This document shows positions 36,804-46,382 of a DNA stretch of 64,000 nucleotides, one piece after another. Position numbers and translations under genes: made by a program. Every line of letters begins with the position of its first letter. Position 1 is the first letter of the stretch. This stretch comes from an uncultured virus (IMG/VR IMGVR_UViG_3300035145_001531) (Duplodnaviria; Heunggongvirae; Uroviricota; Caudoviricetes). The stretch lies in the IMG/VR virus record IMGVR_UViG_3300035145_001531; one strand, 5' to 3'. Below the pieces are notes generated by a model that ran no database searches, had not been told where the DNA came from, and saw nothing but the letters and a program-made list of their open reading frames with translations.

Positions 36804-37919
36804 ATGATTGAGGCTAAAGTAATTGAACAAGGCGCAAAAAGAGTTTGGGTCCTTGGGGATTTACACTTTGGTGTAAGAGCTAATTCAGTAGAATGGTTAG
36901 AAATTCAAAAAGATTTTTTTGAGAAACTGTTTATTCCTACCCTAAAGAAGCATGTGCAACCTGGGGATGTTTTAGTGCAAGTTGGGGATACGTTCGATAA
37001 TAGACAATCTATTAATATTAAAGTCCTCAATTATGCAGTTGATCTATTTGAAAGATTGGGTCAAATTTTGCCAGTTTATGTTATTTGTGGTAATCATGAT
37101 ATTTGGGCTAAGAAATCAAATGACATTTCATCGATCGATAGTTTAAAATGGATTCCCAATGTACAGGTTTACAAAGAGCCTGAATTATTAGACTGGTCTG
37201 GTAGAAAGGTTTTATTAATGCCATGGAGAAGAGACTCAGAACATGAGGCAGAGACATTAGCAGAATTCCCACAAACAGATATTGTATTTTGCCACTCAGA
37301 AGTGAGAGGTATTTATTTAAATGCAAAAGTAAAGAACGAACATGGGACGGAGACCAATATCTATGACAAGTATACTAGAGTTTATTCAGGACATATTCAC
37401 TATAGACAAGAGAAGAATAAACTACTAATGGTAGGTGTACCATATCAGCTTACTAGATCAGATAGAGACAATCCAAAAGGATTTGACCTAGTTAACCTAG
37501 AGAATATGGAAGAGACCTTCTTTGAGAATCATATTTCCCCTAAATTCTTAAGATATAACATCAAAGCACTATATGATATGCCTCTCGGCCAATTTAAGGA
37601 ACAAATAGAAAATAACTTTGTAGATCTATTCGTGCCATCACAAATTGCCACAACCAACGCATTGAGCCAACTGGTTAATGAGATACAACATATTTCTAGA
37701 AAACTAGAACCGAATATCTACGAAGAAGACTCTTATATCGATAAAGATTTTTATGATATTAATGAGATTGAGGAAATGTACAAGAATTACAATATTCTTA
37801 ATCTTTGCAATATGTATATTGATGGGATGAAACATGATGAGGAATTGACTCTAAAACTAAAGAGTAAGTTAAAACAGTTGTATACTCAATGTGCATACAA
37901 CTACGACACTGACAAATAA
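36804..37919 (+). CDS. gp47: Mre11/SbcD-like recombination nuclease
   Basis: GDLHFG, GDTFDNR, GNHD, SGHIH. Confidence 0.92.
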   Translation: MIEAKVIEQGAKRVWVLGDLHFGVRANSVEWLEIQKDFFEKLFIPTLKKHVQPGDVLVQVGDTFDNRQSINIKVLNYAVDLFERLGQILPVYVICGNHDIWAKKSNDISSIDSLKWIPNVQVYKEPELLDWSGRKVLLMPWRRDSEHEAETLAEFPQTDIVFCHSEVRGIYLNAKVKNEHGTETNIYDKYTRVYSGHIHYRQEKNKLLMVGVPYQLTRSDRDNPKGFDLVNLENMEETFFENHISPKFLRYNIKALYDMPLGQFKEQIENNFVDLFVPSQIATTNALSQLVNEIQHISRKLEPNIYEEDSYIDKDFYDINEIEEMYKNYNILNLCNMYIDGMKHDEELTLKLKSKLKQLYTQCAYNYDTDK

Positions 37920-39589
37920 TGAGGATAGACTATATTGAGTTTAAAAACTTTGCATCATACGGAAACCAGAAGCAGAGAATAGAGTTTAAAAAAGAGGGTT
38001 CTGAGCTATTTCTGACGTTAGGTAAAAACGGTGACGGAAAAACAACAATTGCTAATGCAATCATCTATGCATTATATGGAAAGGTGGAGGGTGTTAAATT
38101 AGCAGATTTACCTAATCGTATTAATAAAGAACTTTATGTAAAAATAGGACTACAATGTGGTACTATGTTTATTGAGATTGAAAGAGGGTTATCACCTAAT
38201 AGATTTACAGTCTTAATCAATGGTGTTGAGTTTGACAAAGCAGGTAAAAAATCAGTCCAAGATTATTTAGAAGAGGAAGTTTTTGGTATTCCATATCATG
38301 TGTTCAAGAATATTATTATTCTATCCGTAAACGATTTTAAGTCTTTCTTAACCATGTCTAATCAGGACAAGAAACAGATTATCGATAAAATGTTCGGCTT
38401 CTCTATTCTTAATGATATGCAACGCCAGATTAAAGATGAGCGCAGAGACATCAAGATGGATATTGATTCGTTTGATGCCGAGCTAAATCAAATCATGGAT
38501 TCTATTGCATCCGTTAAAGGTAAATTAAACACACTGCTAGAGGAATCAGTTACTGCAAATAAATCTAAAATCCAAGAGTTAAAAGATGATCTAGTTAAAT
38601 TACATGAAACTGTATTAGAGATTGAGGCATCTAGGAATAAAGAGGAATCTTCAGTAAATAAGTTTACCGAGCAATATAATGAAAAGAGATCTGAAGCTGG
38701 TGATTTAAAAAGAGAAATTGATTACCTGAAGAAAAAACTTGAGTTATATGAAAGCGGCCACTGTCCAACGTGTGAAACTAAATTAGACTCAGACTGGCAT
38801 AAATCACAGAAGGGTCAATTTGAACAGGGTATCAAACAGCATACTGATGATATTATCGCTATTAAAGAGGAGATGGATTCTCTATCTGAAATGGTAAGAG
38901 ATGCAAAGGAAAAGAAACAAGGCCTAGAGTCACAAATTAGTGAACATAAATTTTCAATGAAGCAATTAAAGGCTGAGTTGATAAAACTTAAAGACGCTCC
39001 AGAGGGAGCAGATTTTGACCACCTCAGAAATCTTATTACGGAGTTTGAGGAAAAAGAGGCTATTAAGTCAGCAAGCAAAGATACTTTAAATGCAGACTAT
39101 AACTTTATGGAAATTGTAGAACAAGTATTGGGCGAAGATGGAGTTAAGAATCTGGCAGTTAAAACTATTTTACCAGGACTAAATACTAACATCGCTGCGA
39201 TGGCACAAACCATGCACCTGCCGTTCCATATTAGGTTTGATGAGAAATTTAACTGTGTTATTAATCACCTAGGAGAGGACATTAACCCACTTACACTTTC
39301 AACAGGAGAACGTAAGAAGGCGGATTTTATTGTAATTGTTGCGATCATCAAAATATTAAAATTAAGATTCCCTCAATTAAATCTTTTATTCTTAGATGAG
39401 CTACTATCTTCAGTAGACCACGATGGTGTCTATAATATTTTAAAGATACTTAACCAAGTTATCAAAGAACATAAGATAAATACATTTGTAATTAACCACT
39501 CTGTTTTGCCACATGAGATTTTTGACAAGAAGATTCAAATATACCGAGAGAACGGATTTTCTAAGTTTACGATCGAAAGTATAGATTAA
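37919..39589 (+). CDS. gp46: Rad50/SbcC-like ATPase
   Basis: FKNFASYGN, GKNGDGKT, zinc hook CPTC, LSTGE, LFLDE. Confidence 0.93.
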   Translation: MRIDYIEFKNFASYGNQKQRIEFKKEGSELFLTLGKNGDGKTTIANAIIYALYGKVEGVKLADLPNRINKELYVKIGLQCGTMFIEIERGLSPNRFTVLINGVEFDKAGKKSVQDYLEEEVFGIPYHVFKNIIILSVNDFKSFLTMSNQDKKQIIDKMFGFSILNDMQRQIKDERRDIKMDIDSFDAELNQIMDSIASVKGKLNTLLEESVTANKSKIQELKDDLVKLHETVLEIEASRNKEESSVNKFTEQYNEKRSEAGDLKREIDYLKKKLELYESGHCPTCETKLDSDWHKSQKGQFEQGIKQHTDDIIAIKEEMDSLSEMVRDAKEKKQGLESQISEHKFSMKQLKAELIKLKDAPEGADFDHLRNLITEFEEKEAIKSASKDTLNADYNFMEIVEQVLGEDGVKNLAVKTILPGLNTNIAAMAQTMHLPFHIRFDEKFNCVINHLGEDINPLTLSTGERKKADFIVIVAIIKILKLRFPQLNLLFLDELLSSVDHDGVYNILKILNQVIKEHKINTFVINHSVLPHEIFDKKIQIYRENGFSKFTIESID

Positions 39590-39630
39590 GACAGATATAT
39601 AATTAAAATACAAAAAACAAATAACTAATT

Positions 39631-40368
39631 ATGGCAACATCAAGAATTTTTGCATACACGGCTGACGCAAATGCTGCTGCTCCAGCAGGCTTTGAAAAAA
39701 TCGGAAGCCTTTTTGCAGCACTAGCTACAAACACTACACCAGATGGTTACAATCCTGCAGCTTCTGGTATTAGCTGGTACATGGGACCGGATGAGTCACT
39801 TGAAGCTAATGCTCCTATTATTGCATACACAAAAAGAGATCCAGAAGGTACTTTTCTAGCTTTTAATACAGAGGGTGACCAAGGTACTGATGGCGACGCG
39901 GGCACTATTCCTGCTTGGATTGCATTTAAAAGAACTGTAAAAGGATCGAACGCTGCGTTTATCGCTGCTGTAGAAGAAATTACAGCTATCAATGGATTTC
40001 CACAATCATTTGCAAATGCTGATCAAGCAATGACATGGTTAGACAATAATTCTTGTTGGACTAACTACGAGATTGTTGTAGAAGCAACTACAACTACTAC
40101 AACTGAAGCCCCTACAAGTGATGATCTTTACTACCAAGCAATGAACTGTGATGGATCAGGTGCATCATTTGCGGTAGCATGGGGTGGATCTATCGGTCAG
40201 ATTACAGATGGAAAAGCATACCTAGTCGATGGTACACAACCTGTTAATCCTATTGTAATAGGAGACGCAATTTATGTCGTGGGTGCTTATTCAGGAGTTC
40301 CAAGTGAAATTGGATGTACAATCACAAATACAGAGTACACAGGTACTTGTACACCTGCACAACCTTAA
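39631..40368 (+). CDS. Probable virion decoration/fibre protein with a Thr-rich linker
   Basis: Late promoter at 39594; ATTTTTTEAPT linker; Cys-containing C-terminal domain; terminator follows. Confidence 0.55.
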   Translation: MATSRIFAYTADANAAAPAGFEKIGSLFAALATNTTPDGYNPAASGISWYMGPDESLEANAPIIAYTKRDPEGTFLAFNTEGDQGTDGDAGTIPAWIAFKRTVKGSNAAFIAAVEEITAINGFPQSFANADQAMTWLDNNSCWTNYEIVVEATTTTTTEAPTSDDLYYQAMNCDGSGASFAVAWGGSIGQITDGKAYLVDGTQPVNPIVIGDAIYVVGAYSGVPSEIGCTITNTEYTGTCTPAQP

Positions 40369-40393
40369 TTAGAATTAAATTCAATTAATATAG

Positions 40394-40424
40394 AAAATGG
40401 CCAATAGAAATATTGGCCATTTTT
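40394..40424 (+). terminator. Intrinsic terminator
   Basis: AAAATGGCCAATA...TATTGGCCATTTT hairpin + T-run. Confidence 0.75.
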
Positions 40425-40452
40425 GTTTCCAGTAAATGGTGATATATAACCT

Positions 40453-41550
40453 ATGGCTACATACAACTTAAAATTTAATAAAGATGACTCAGTTATCAGA
40501 CACGTTATCATAGGTCTCCTAGCAGACCTAAATGGTAAGCTGAGTTTTTGGAGACAGATTAGCAATAATGAGCGTGCCGAGGTAGATGTGCCATTCTTTT
40601 ATGCTGTTTCAGGTGATGAGAATTTCTTAAAAGATAACTTTTTATTCTCTAATGTTAACGGCTTGGGCTGTGACCCTTCCGGTGAGTTCGCTGATGGTAA
40701 CTATGATAAAGTGCCTAGAGGTATTGTCAACCTTACTTCATTTGCAGTAGACCCTTCTAAATTGGTAAACAAGAGGAATATGGGTAACTATATGATGATG
40801 AACAAAGACGGTTTAATGGAAGGTTTCGTTGCAGAGTTTGAGATGATTCCAGTAGTGATCGGTGTCGATGTAGAGATTCTAGTCTCTAGTCAATTAGATC
40901 TATTTAAGGTTACCGAAGCTATTGTCAAGAAAATGTACAAGGCTAATTTCTACCACGTTGATGCAGGCCACTTAGAAGAGGGCACTTATAGAATTTCATC
41001 TGAATATATGATGCCAGATGATTATACACAAGAGCGTCCGATCGAATATTCATTCGATGATAAGGCAAATCATAAAGTAACTTTTAGTCTAGAGATTAAT
41101 TCATTTATACCATCATTCGACTTTGAAGAAGATACTTATAGAAAATTCACTAGATCTACATACGGTCCATCTGAAGCATTTCCAAACGGCACAGTTTGTG
41201 GAGACTTTGTAGATCCTAATGAGTTCTTAGATCCTGCTAAAAACCCAGACGTTTATTTCGATAGCTATGAGCCTGCAAGATGGGATTCTAACGGCCAAGA
41301 GTGGATTAAGGTACAAGAGGGCGTTTCTTGTGCAGATCCAGAAATATTTGCACTTCTAGGTAAATTCTTATCAACAGAAACTCAAATTATGAGAGTCTCT
41401 AGACGTAGAAAACAGTCAAATAGAATCTTTACATTTGGTAACTCCAATGTGGGTACTGCACCTAGCGGCGAGGCAGATAGCGCACTTAAAGGCGATGAGT
41501 TCCAGGTTAAGGCAAGACAGTTTCCATGGGGTGATAAAATTGATGAATAA
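40453..41550 (+). CDS. gp15: gp15-like tail sheath stabiliser / tail completion protein
   Basis: IRHVII.L, VDVPFFYA, VPRG...TSF..DPSK, P..I..DVEI.....D..K..E.I. Confidence 0.65.
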   Translation: MATYNLKFNKDDSVIRHVIIGLLADLNGKLSFWRQISNNERAEVDVPFFYAVSGDENFLKDNFLFSNVNGLGCDPSGEFADGNYDKVPRGIVNLTSFAVDPSKLVNKRNMGNYMMMNKDGLMEGFVAEFEMIPVVIGVDVEILVSSQLDLFKVTEAIVKKMYKANFYHVDAGHLEEGTYRISSEYMMPDDYTQERPIEYSFDDKANHKVTFSLEINSFIPSFDFEEDTYRKFTRSTYGPSEAFPNGTVCGDFVDPNEFLDPAKNPDVYFDSYEPARWDSNGQEWIKVQEGVSCADPEIFALLGKFLSTETQIMRVSRRRKQSNRIFTFGNSNVGTAPSGEADSALKGDEFQVKARQFPWGDKIDE

Positions 41551-41591
41551 TTAAACTGATATATACAATAAGAAAACAAAATAATTTGATA

Positions 41592-42779
41592 ATGACAAAT
41601 AAAGTTAACAACAAAGTTATTTCTCCTGTATTAGAACATGGCCATGGCCAGATCTTTCATGCTGCAGGCGCAGACTTTAAAATTACAGGCAGTCATATCG
41701 AAAGAATTGCTGAAACTAATGATACCTTTAAAACATTAGTAGCAGCCAATAAAATATTCGATATTAATGAGTCAGGTATTTCATTTTACTATGACTACAA
41801 TAACAAACAATCAGTTACTAAGGTTGAAGAAGGTTCAGTAGAGAACTTCTCTAACTTTCTAGGTCTAAATGAAAAATTAAGCTTCTTACAGGAGTCAGCT
41901 AAAAAACTAAGAGTAGCCGGCAAAAAGGGTGAAGCATTAACTGAAGTTACTAAAGAGATTACAGCTACAGAAGAGGCTATTAAAGAATCTAAATCATCTT
42001 CAATGGTGGTTAAGTTTACTTATGTTGCCGAGTCTAACGCTTTCTTTGCGGGTAATATTGAAGTAGTACTAGGATCTGAAGAAAGACTTTCAGAAAGATT
42101 CTTTAACATAGGCTATATTAAATATGCGGACAAGAAGTTAATTGAGGCTTTCCAAATTGCAGCTGATAATTTTGGCGCATATAAAACCTTAGACTTTGTA
42201 ACAGAGTCTGCAAACGGCCACGTTGCTGTTGCAACTATGAGAGCTGAGAATAATGTATTTGTTTACAGAGTAAATGAAGAGACTAAAATCAGCAAATTCC
42301 AAAAGATGTTAGCAGATGCTGCAATCGAATATGTTGCTGAAGAAACAGGTGTAGATTTAACAGAGCAATTTACAGATCTACTAGAAGCAGCTACTAGAAA
42401 AACTGAACTAAAGTCAGAGAAGATCAGACTTTACAAAGAGATGCTATCTTTCTTATATGACCAAAGAGGTAGATTAGCAGAGGCTGATAGAAACCTTCCA
42501 GATATTAAAGCAGCTGATAATCTAATTGAAACTGAAATTGCTAAAGTAAAAGAAGACCTAGCAGCAATGGAGGAAGAAACTCTTACTATTGAAGATGGTT
42601 ACGTTAATGCATCGCTAAAGGGTGAAGTTGATGGTCTACCAGAAAACGCTGAACTAAAAGTTGACGCTGTAGAATTTAACCAAGCAGGTAAAAACGATAT
42701 TTTAACTGTATTCGTTGAAGATAAACCTTTCAGAGTAGAGAAGTACAAGATTAATATCTCAGAAGAAGATAATCTATAA
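41592..42779 (+). CDS. Hypothetical late protein, possibly head-associated
   Basis: Late promoter at 41558; many INE/LNE/VTE sites; coiled coil. Confidence 0.5.
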   Translation: MTNKVNNKVISPVLEHGHGQIFHAAGADFKITGSHIERIAETNDTFKTLVAANKIFDINESGISFYYDYNNKQSVTKVEEGSVENFSNFLGLNEKLSFLQESAKKLRVAGKKGEALTEVTKEITATEEAIKESKSSSMVVKFTYVAESNAFFAGNIEVVLGSEERLSERFFNIGYIKYADKKLIEAFQIAADNFGAYKTLDFVTESANGHVAVATMRAENNVFVYRVNEETKISKFQKMLADAAIEYVAEETGVDLTEQFTDLLEAATRKTELKSEKIRLYKEMLSFLYDQRGRLAEADRNLPDIKAADNLIETEIAKVKEDLAAMEEETLTIEDGYVNASLKGEVDGLPENAELKVDAVEFNQAGKNDILTVFVEDKPFRVEKYKINISEEDNL

Positions 42780-42810
42780 AAGCTATCTCCTAGCTTTATA
42801 CCATATAAAG

Positions 42811-42844
42811 AAAAAGCCCATTTCGAAACAAATGGGCTTTTTTT
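42811..42844 (+). terminator. Intrinsic terminator overlapping the gp55 promoter
   Basis: AAAAAGCCCATTT-cgaaac-AAATGGGCTTTTT. Confidence 0.75.
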
Positions 42845-42875
42845 CATATAATTGATAATCAATTAGAATTAAATC

Positions 42876-43253
42876 GTGCCAAGAAAAAAGAATTATTTAA
42901 ATAACCGCGATCTGTACGACCAGATTGTGCTCTCGCTGGAAGCAGATAGACTGACTCCAGATGCAGAGAAGATGTTAATACTAATAGCTGAAAGGGCGAT
43001 TACTAAACTAGTGTACCTAAACGAAGATGATAAGAATGATTGTCTTCAGTTTGCGATATTAGACTTATTAAAATACTGGAGAAACTTTAACCCTAAGTAT
43101 ACAAACGCGTTCGCGTATTTTACTGAGATTGCAAAGAGGGGTTATGCTAAAGGTTGGAACAAAATCCACCCTACTAAGTATAAAAATACAATGTCCATGG
43201 ATCGCATCAACACTAAGAATAGTGATGGCGACTCAGGAATGTTTAATATTTAA
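42876..43253 (+). CDS. gp55: Late-transcription sigma factor (short)
   Basis: KNYLNNRDL, LKYWRNFNP, NAFAYFTEI. Confidence 0.85.
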   Translation: MPRKKNYLNNRDLYDQIVLSLEADRLTPDAEKMLILIAERAITKLVYLNEDDKNDCLQFAILDLLKYWRNFNPKYTNAFAYFTEIAKRGYAKGWNKIHPTKYKNTMSMDRINTKNSDGDSGMFNI

Positions 43254-43726
43254 TGTCAATAAAGAACTTAAAACCCAGTGGAAACTCAGGATTTGTACAA
43301 GGCTATTACGAACCACAGAATCCTGATAAGTATATCGGACCAACTCCGATCATCTACCGTTCTTCCTGGGAAAGAAAGTTTATGATAATGTGTGATACAA
43401 AAGATAATGTATTAAAATGGTCAAGCGAACCAGTTGAAATCAAATACTGGTCTTCAATGGATAAGAAAGAACATAAGTATTATCCAGACTTCTATATGAA
43501 AACAGAAGGAGATGAAGGCCCAGTAGAATGGCTGGTTGAGATTAAACCAGAAGCACAGATTAAAAAGCCTACTCCACCTAAAACTAAATCTAAGAAAGCA
43601 TTGAACTCATATAAATTTTTAGCAGAGCAATATGTTAAGAATAGAGATAAGTATGCTTATGCTAATGCTTGGTGTGAAAATAGAGGTTGGAGGTTTATTG
43701 TTTTAACAGAAAAAACTCTTAAATAA
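43253..43726 (+). CDS. gp4: Head completion nuclease (TnsA-like)
   Basis: P.NPDKY.G, YRSSWERKFM, WSSE, YYPDF, VEIKP, LTEK.L. Confidence 0.9.
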   Translation: MSIKNLKPSGNSGFVQGYYEPQNPDKYIGPTPIIYRSSWERKFMIMCDTKDNVLKWSSEPVEIKYWSSMDKKEHKYYPDFYMKTEGDEGPVEWLVEIKPEAQIKKPTPPKTKSKKALNSYKFLAEQYVKNRDKYAYANAWCENRGWRFIVLTEKTLK

Positions 43727-44322
43727 TGGGCGAGATTAGGAAACAAATACGACTATTAAGTAAAGAGTTTGGCAGTAAAACTAAAGCTGCTAAAGAGGCT
43801 GAAGCGTGGTTTGAAACCAGTAAAAAATCAGTCAGAGAGAAAGCGGTCGCTAGATCTTCTCGACCATTTCAACCAGGTAAAATATACGTATTTAGGTATG
43901 ATAATCCTATCTCAGCTTTTTGGTGGGATAGTAACCCAGTTGTATTAGCCTTAAATAAGGCAGATAATGGCAATGATATGGGTATTAACCTGAATATGCT
44001 TCCAGTAAAAGTAAAAGAGGACCTATTGGATTTTATATACGAACAGTATATGGGATATATTCAAGGTCAGACTAGGGGGTCGAAAACTGAGAATGCCAGA
44101 GCACAGGCACCACTTTCACTCTCTTACCAAGGTGCAAAATCATTTTTAAAAAGGTATGGTTTTGACTTTGCGATTAGACAATATGCTAATACTCGTAAAA
44201 CAGAACAAGTTGTGGTGTCCTATGAACACTGGGGTAGAATAGCACTTTGTGACTTTCTAGAATTAAATAACTCGTCCGTTGGTAAGATCAGGGCGGCCTT
44301 CAGAAAGCACCTAAATAAATGA
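43726..44322 (+). CDS. gp2: DNA end protector
   Basis: PGKIY.F.Y, WD..PVVL, GINL..LP, IRQY. Confidence 0.75.
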   Translation: MGEIRKQIRLLSKEFGSKTKAAKEAEAWFETSKKSVREKAVARSSRPFQPGKIYVFRYDNPISAFWWDSNPVVLALNKADNGNDMGINLNMLPVKVKEDLLDFIYEQYMGYIQGQTRGSKTENARAQAPLSLSYQGAKSFLKRYGFDFAIRQYANTRKTEQVVVSYEHWGRIALCDFLELNNSSVGKIRAAFRKHLNK

Positions 44323-44351
44323 GATATATAAAACAGAAATAATACTATATT

Positions 44352-45947
44352 ATGGCAGGATTTACCGACAAACGAAACGGGCCATTTAGCTCAAATACCA
44401 GACCATTTAGCCTTTCAAATGCTTTGAAATCGCTAAGTTCTTTTGGTATGCGCTATGATGACATGGTCTTACGCCAGTCCCAGGCTATTGGTCCTATGGA
44501 AGACCAATTTGGCTATAGGGAAATGAATCCATTTGGTTTAGATAACGATGACATCTACGGTGCGTTTGCCGCACTCTCGATGGGTGACATTAATATGAAG
44601 AAGAACGTACCGTTCTTTGATATTGATTATCCAGGTAAGAGAGATGAGTTGAGAAGATTCTCAATGAACGATGAGATTGAAGATATTCTAGATATTCTTT
44701 GTGATGAGGCAGTGGTATATGATGATAAGAATTTCTTCTGTCAACCAGAAATTATGGGACTTGATGTCTCAGACCAGGTTAACAAAGACCTGAACAAATA
44801 CTTTAGACAGATCTATCACTACTTTGGATTTAACGGCGAGCAATCAGCCTGGTATTTCTTTAGAAAATTCTTAGTAGATGGTTATCTATCATTCGAGATA
44901 ATTTATTCCCCAGACCAAAAAGAGATTATTGGATTTAAAGAGTTAGATCCTGTAACTCTAATGCCAGGTTACAATAAAGACGATGGTAAGAAAGTTTGGG
45001 TACAATATAAAGACGATCCAGTAAAAGAGAGGGTATTATATGATTCTCAAATCATTTATATCGCATACTCTTCACTTTCAACTGCATCTAGAGTCTCTTA
45101 TGTTGAGCGTCTAGTTAGAGCGTTTAACCTACTTAGAATTATGGAACACACCAGAGTAATCTGGGCAGTGACCAACGCTTCATTTAGAATGAAGTTTATT
45201 ATTCCTGTTGGTGGTAAATCTAAAACAAGAGCAAAGCAATCATTGGCTCAGCTAATGAATAACTATAAAGAGGTTGTTGATTTTGACTTTGAATCAGGTA
45301 CACTACAGACTGATGGTAAGCCAATGCTACAATTCTCAAAAGAATACTGGTTACCTTCTAAAGACGGTGAACAACCAGAAATTGAAACTCTCGGTGGTGA
45401 GGGACCAGATCTATCAGATACTGAAGCAGTTAAATACTTCTCTGATAAACTTAAAGAGGTTTCTAAAATTCCTTACAACAGATTCTTATATGAAGATGAC
45501 GGCGGTGACTATGCATTAGCAGGTGATGGTATGGTAAGAGATGAGATTAAGTTTGGTAAATTTATCAAGCGTCTAAGATCAGTCTTCCAAGAAATCTTAG
45601 TGAAGCCTCTGTATATTCAAATGTGTCTTAAGTACCCAGAGTTTGTGGACGATCCACAATTTAAAACCCAAGTTGCTCTAAGATATAATGAGGAGAATGT
45701 CTTTGCAGAATTAAAAGAGCAAGAAATCATGCAGTTGAGATTAGACTTTATCTCAAGTATGAGAGATTCTCTAATGACTACAAACCAAGAAACTATGGAA
45801 GAAGAATACTACTTTGACCAAGAATATCTGGTAACTAAATACTTAAAACTAACCGACGACGAGATTAGAGCTAACAAGGCATATAAGGCAAAAGCTGCTA
45901 AAGCTGACGCAGAAGAGCCAGAGCCAGAAGACCCAATGGCACTCTAA
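44352..45947 (+). CDS. gp20: Portal protein
   Basis: FRKFLVDG, N.LRIME...VIW, EYWLP, EIETLGG, RDEIKF.KFI.RLR. Confidence 0.93.
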   Translation: MAGFTDKRNGPFSSNTRPFSLSNALKSLSSFGMRYDDMVLRQSQAIGPMEDQFGYREMNPFGLDNDDIYGAFAALSMGDINMKKNVPFFDIDYPGKRDELRRFSMNDEIEDILDILCDEAVVYDDKNFFCQPEIMGLDVSDQVNKDLNKYFRQIYHYFGFNGEQSAWYFFRKFLVDGYLSFEIIYSPDQKEIIGFKELDPVTLMPGYNKDDGKKVWVQYKDDPVKERVLYDSQIIYIAYSSLSTASRVSYVERLVRAFNLLRIMEHTRVIWAVTNASFRMKFIIPVGGKSKTRAKQSLAQLMNNYKEVVDFDFESGTLQTDGKPMLQFSKEYWLPSKDGEQPEIETLGGEGPDLSDTEAVKYFSDKLKEVSKIPYNRFLYEDDGGDYALAGDGMVRDEIKFGKFIKRLRSVFQEILVKPLYIQMCLKYPEFVDDPQFKTQVALRYNEENVFAELKEQEIMQLRLDFISSMRDSLMTTNQETMEEEYYFDQEYLVTKYLKLTDDEIRANKAYKAKAAKADAEEPEPEDPMAL

Positions 45948-45980
45948 CCTAGATCTGATAGAAAAAGAGATATATAATTT

Positions 45981-46319
45981 ATGAAAATTATTAAAACATT
46001 TGAAGAGTTTATCCAGGAGGATGCCCTAAAAGCAGGCGAGGAGTCTAAGGTCTACGTTGAAGATCTGAAATTAGACTCAGGTGCAACTATTAAATCTGCT
46101 GAAATTTTAGGTGCTATCACCGCGTCTGCAACCGAGAACGATTTTAAAGATTATTTCTTTAATGAGTACGGTAATGATGCATTCGCAGAGGGTGAAATGG
46201 ACATCTTAGTAAAATACTACCTAGACAAATCCGCTGAAGAAGCTGAAGAGGAAAAAGAAGCCGAGAAGGAAGAAGGCGAAGAAGGCGGCGAGGAAGAAGA
46301 TCCATTAGCTGGCATCTAA
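45981..46319 (+). CDS. Acidic prohead core protein (gp67/68 position)
   Basis: MKIIKTFEEFIQE leader; lies between portal and protease. Confidence 0.55.
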   Translation: MKIIKTFEEFIQEDALKAGEESKVYVEDLKLDSGATIKSAEILGAITASATENDFKDYFFNEYGNDAFAEGEMDILVKYYLDKSAEEAEEEKEAEKEEGEEGGEEEDPLAGI

Positions 46320-46382
46320 AAAGGTATTAAGATAATTGCATAATACAAGCAGATATATAATAAAAATAGATAAACCATAGAT

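Noticed and set aside
43253..43726. TnsA transposase / mobile element
   Set aside because: The TnsA-like fold is that of T4 gp4 head-completion nuclease, in normal context beside gp2 and portal; no other Tn7 genes or ends.
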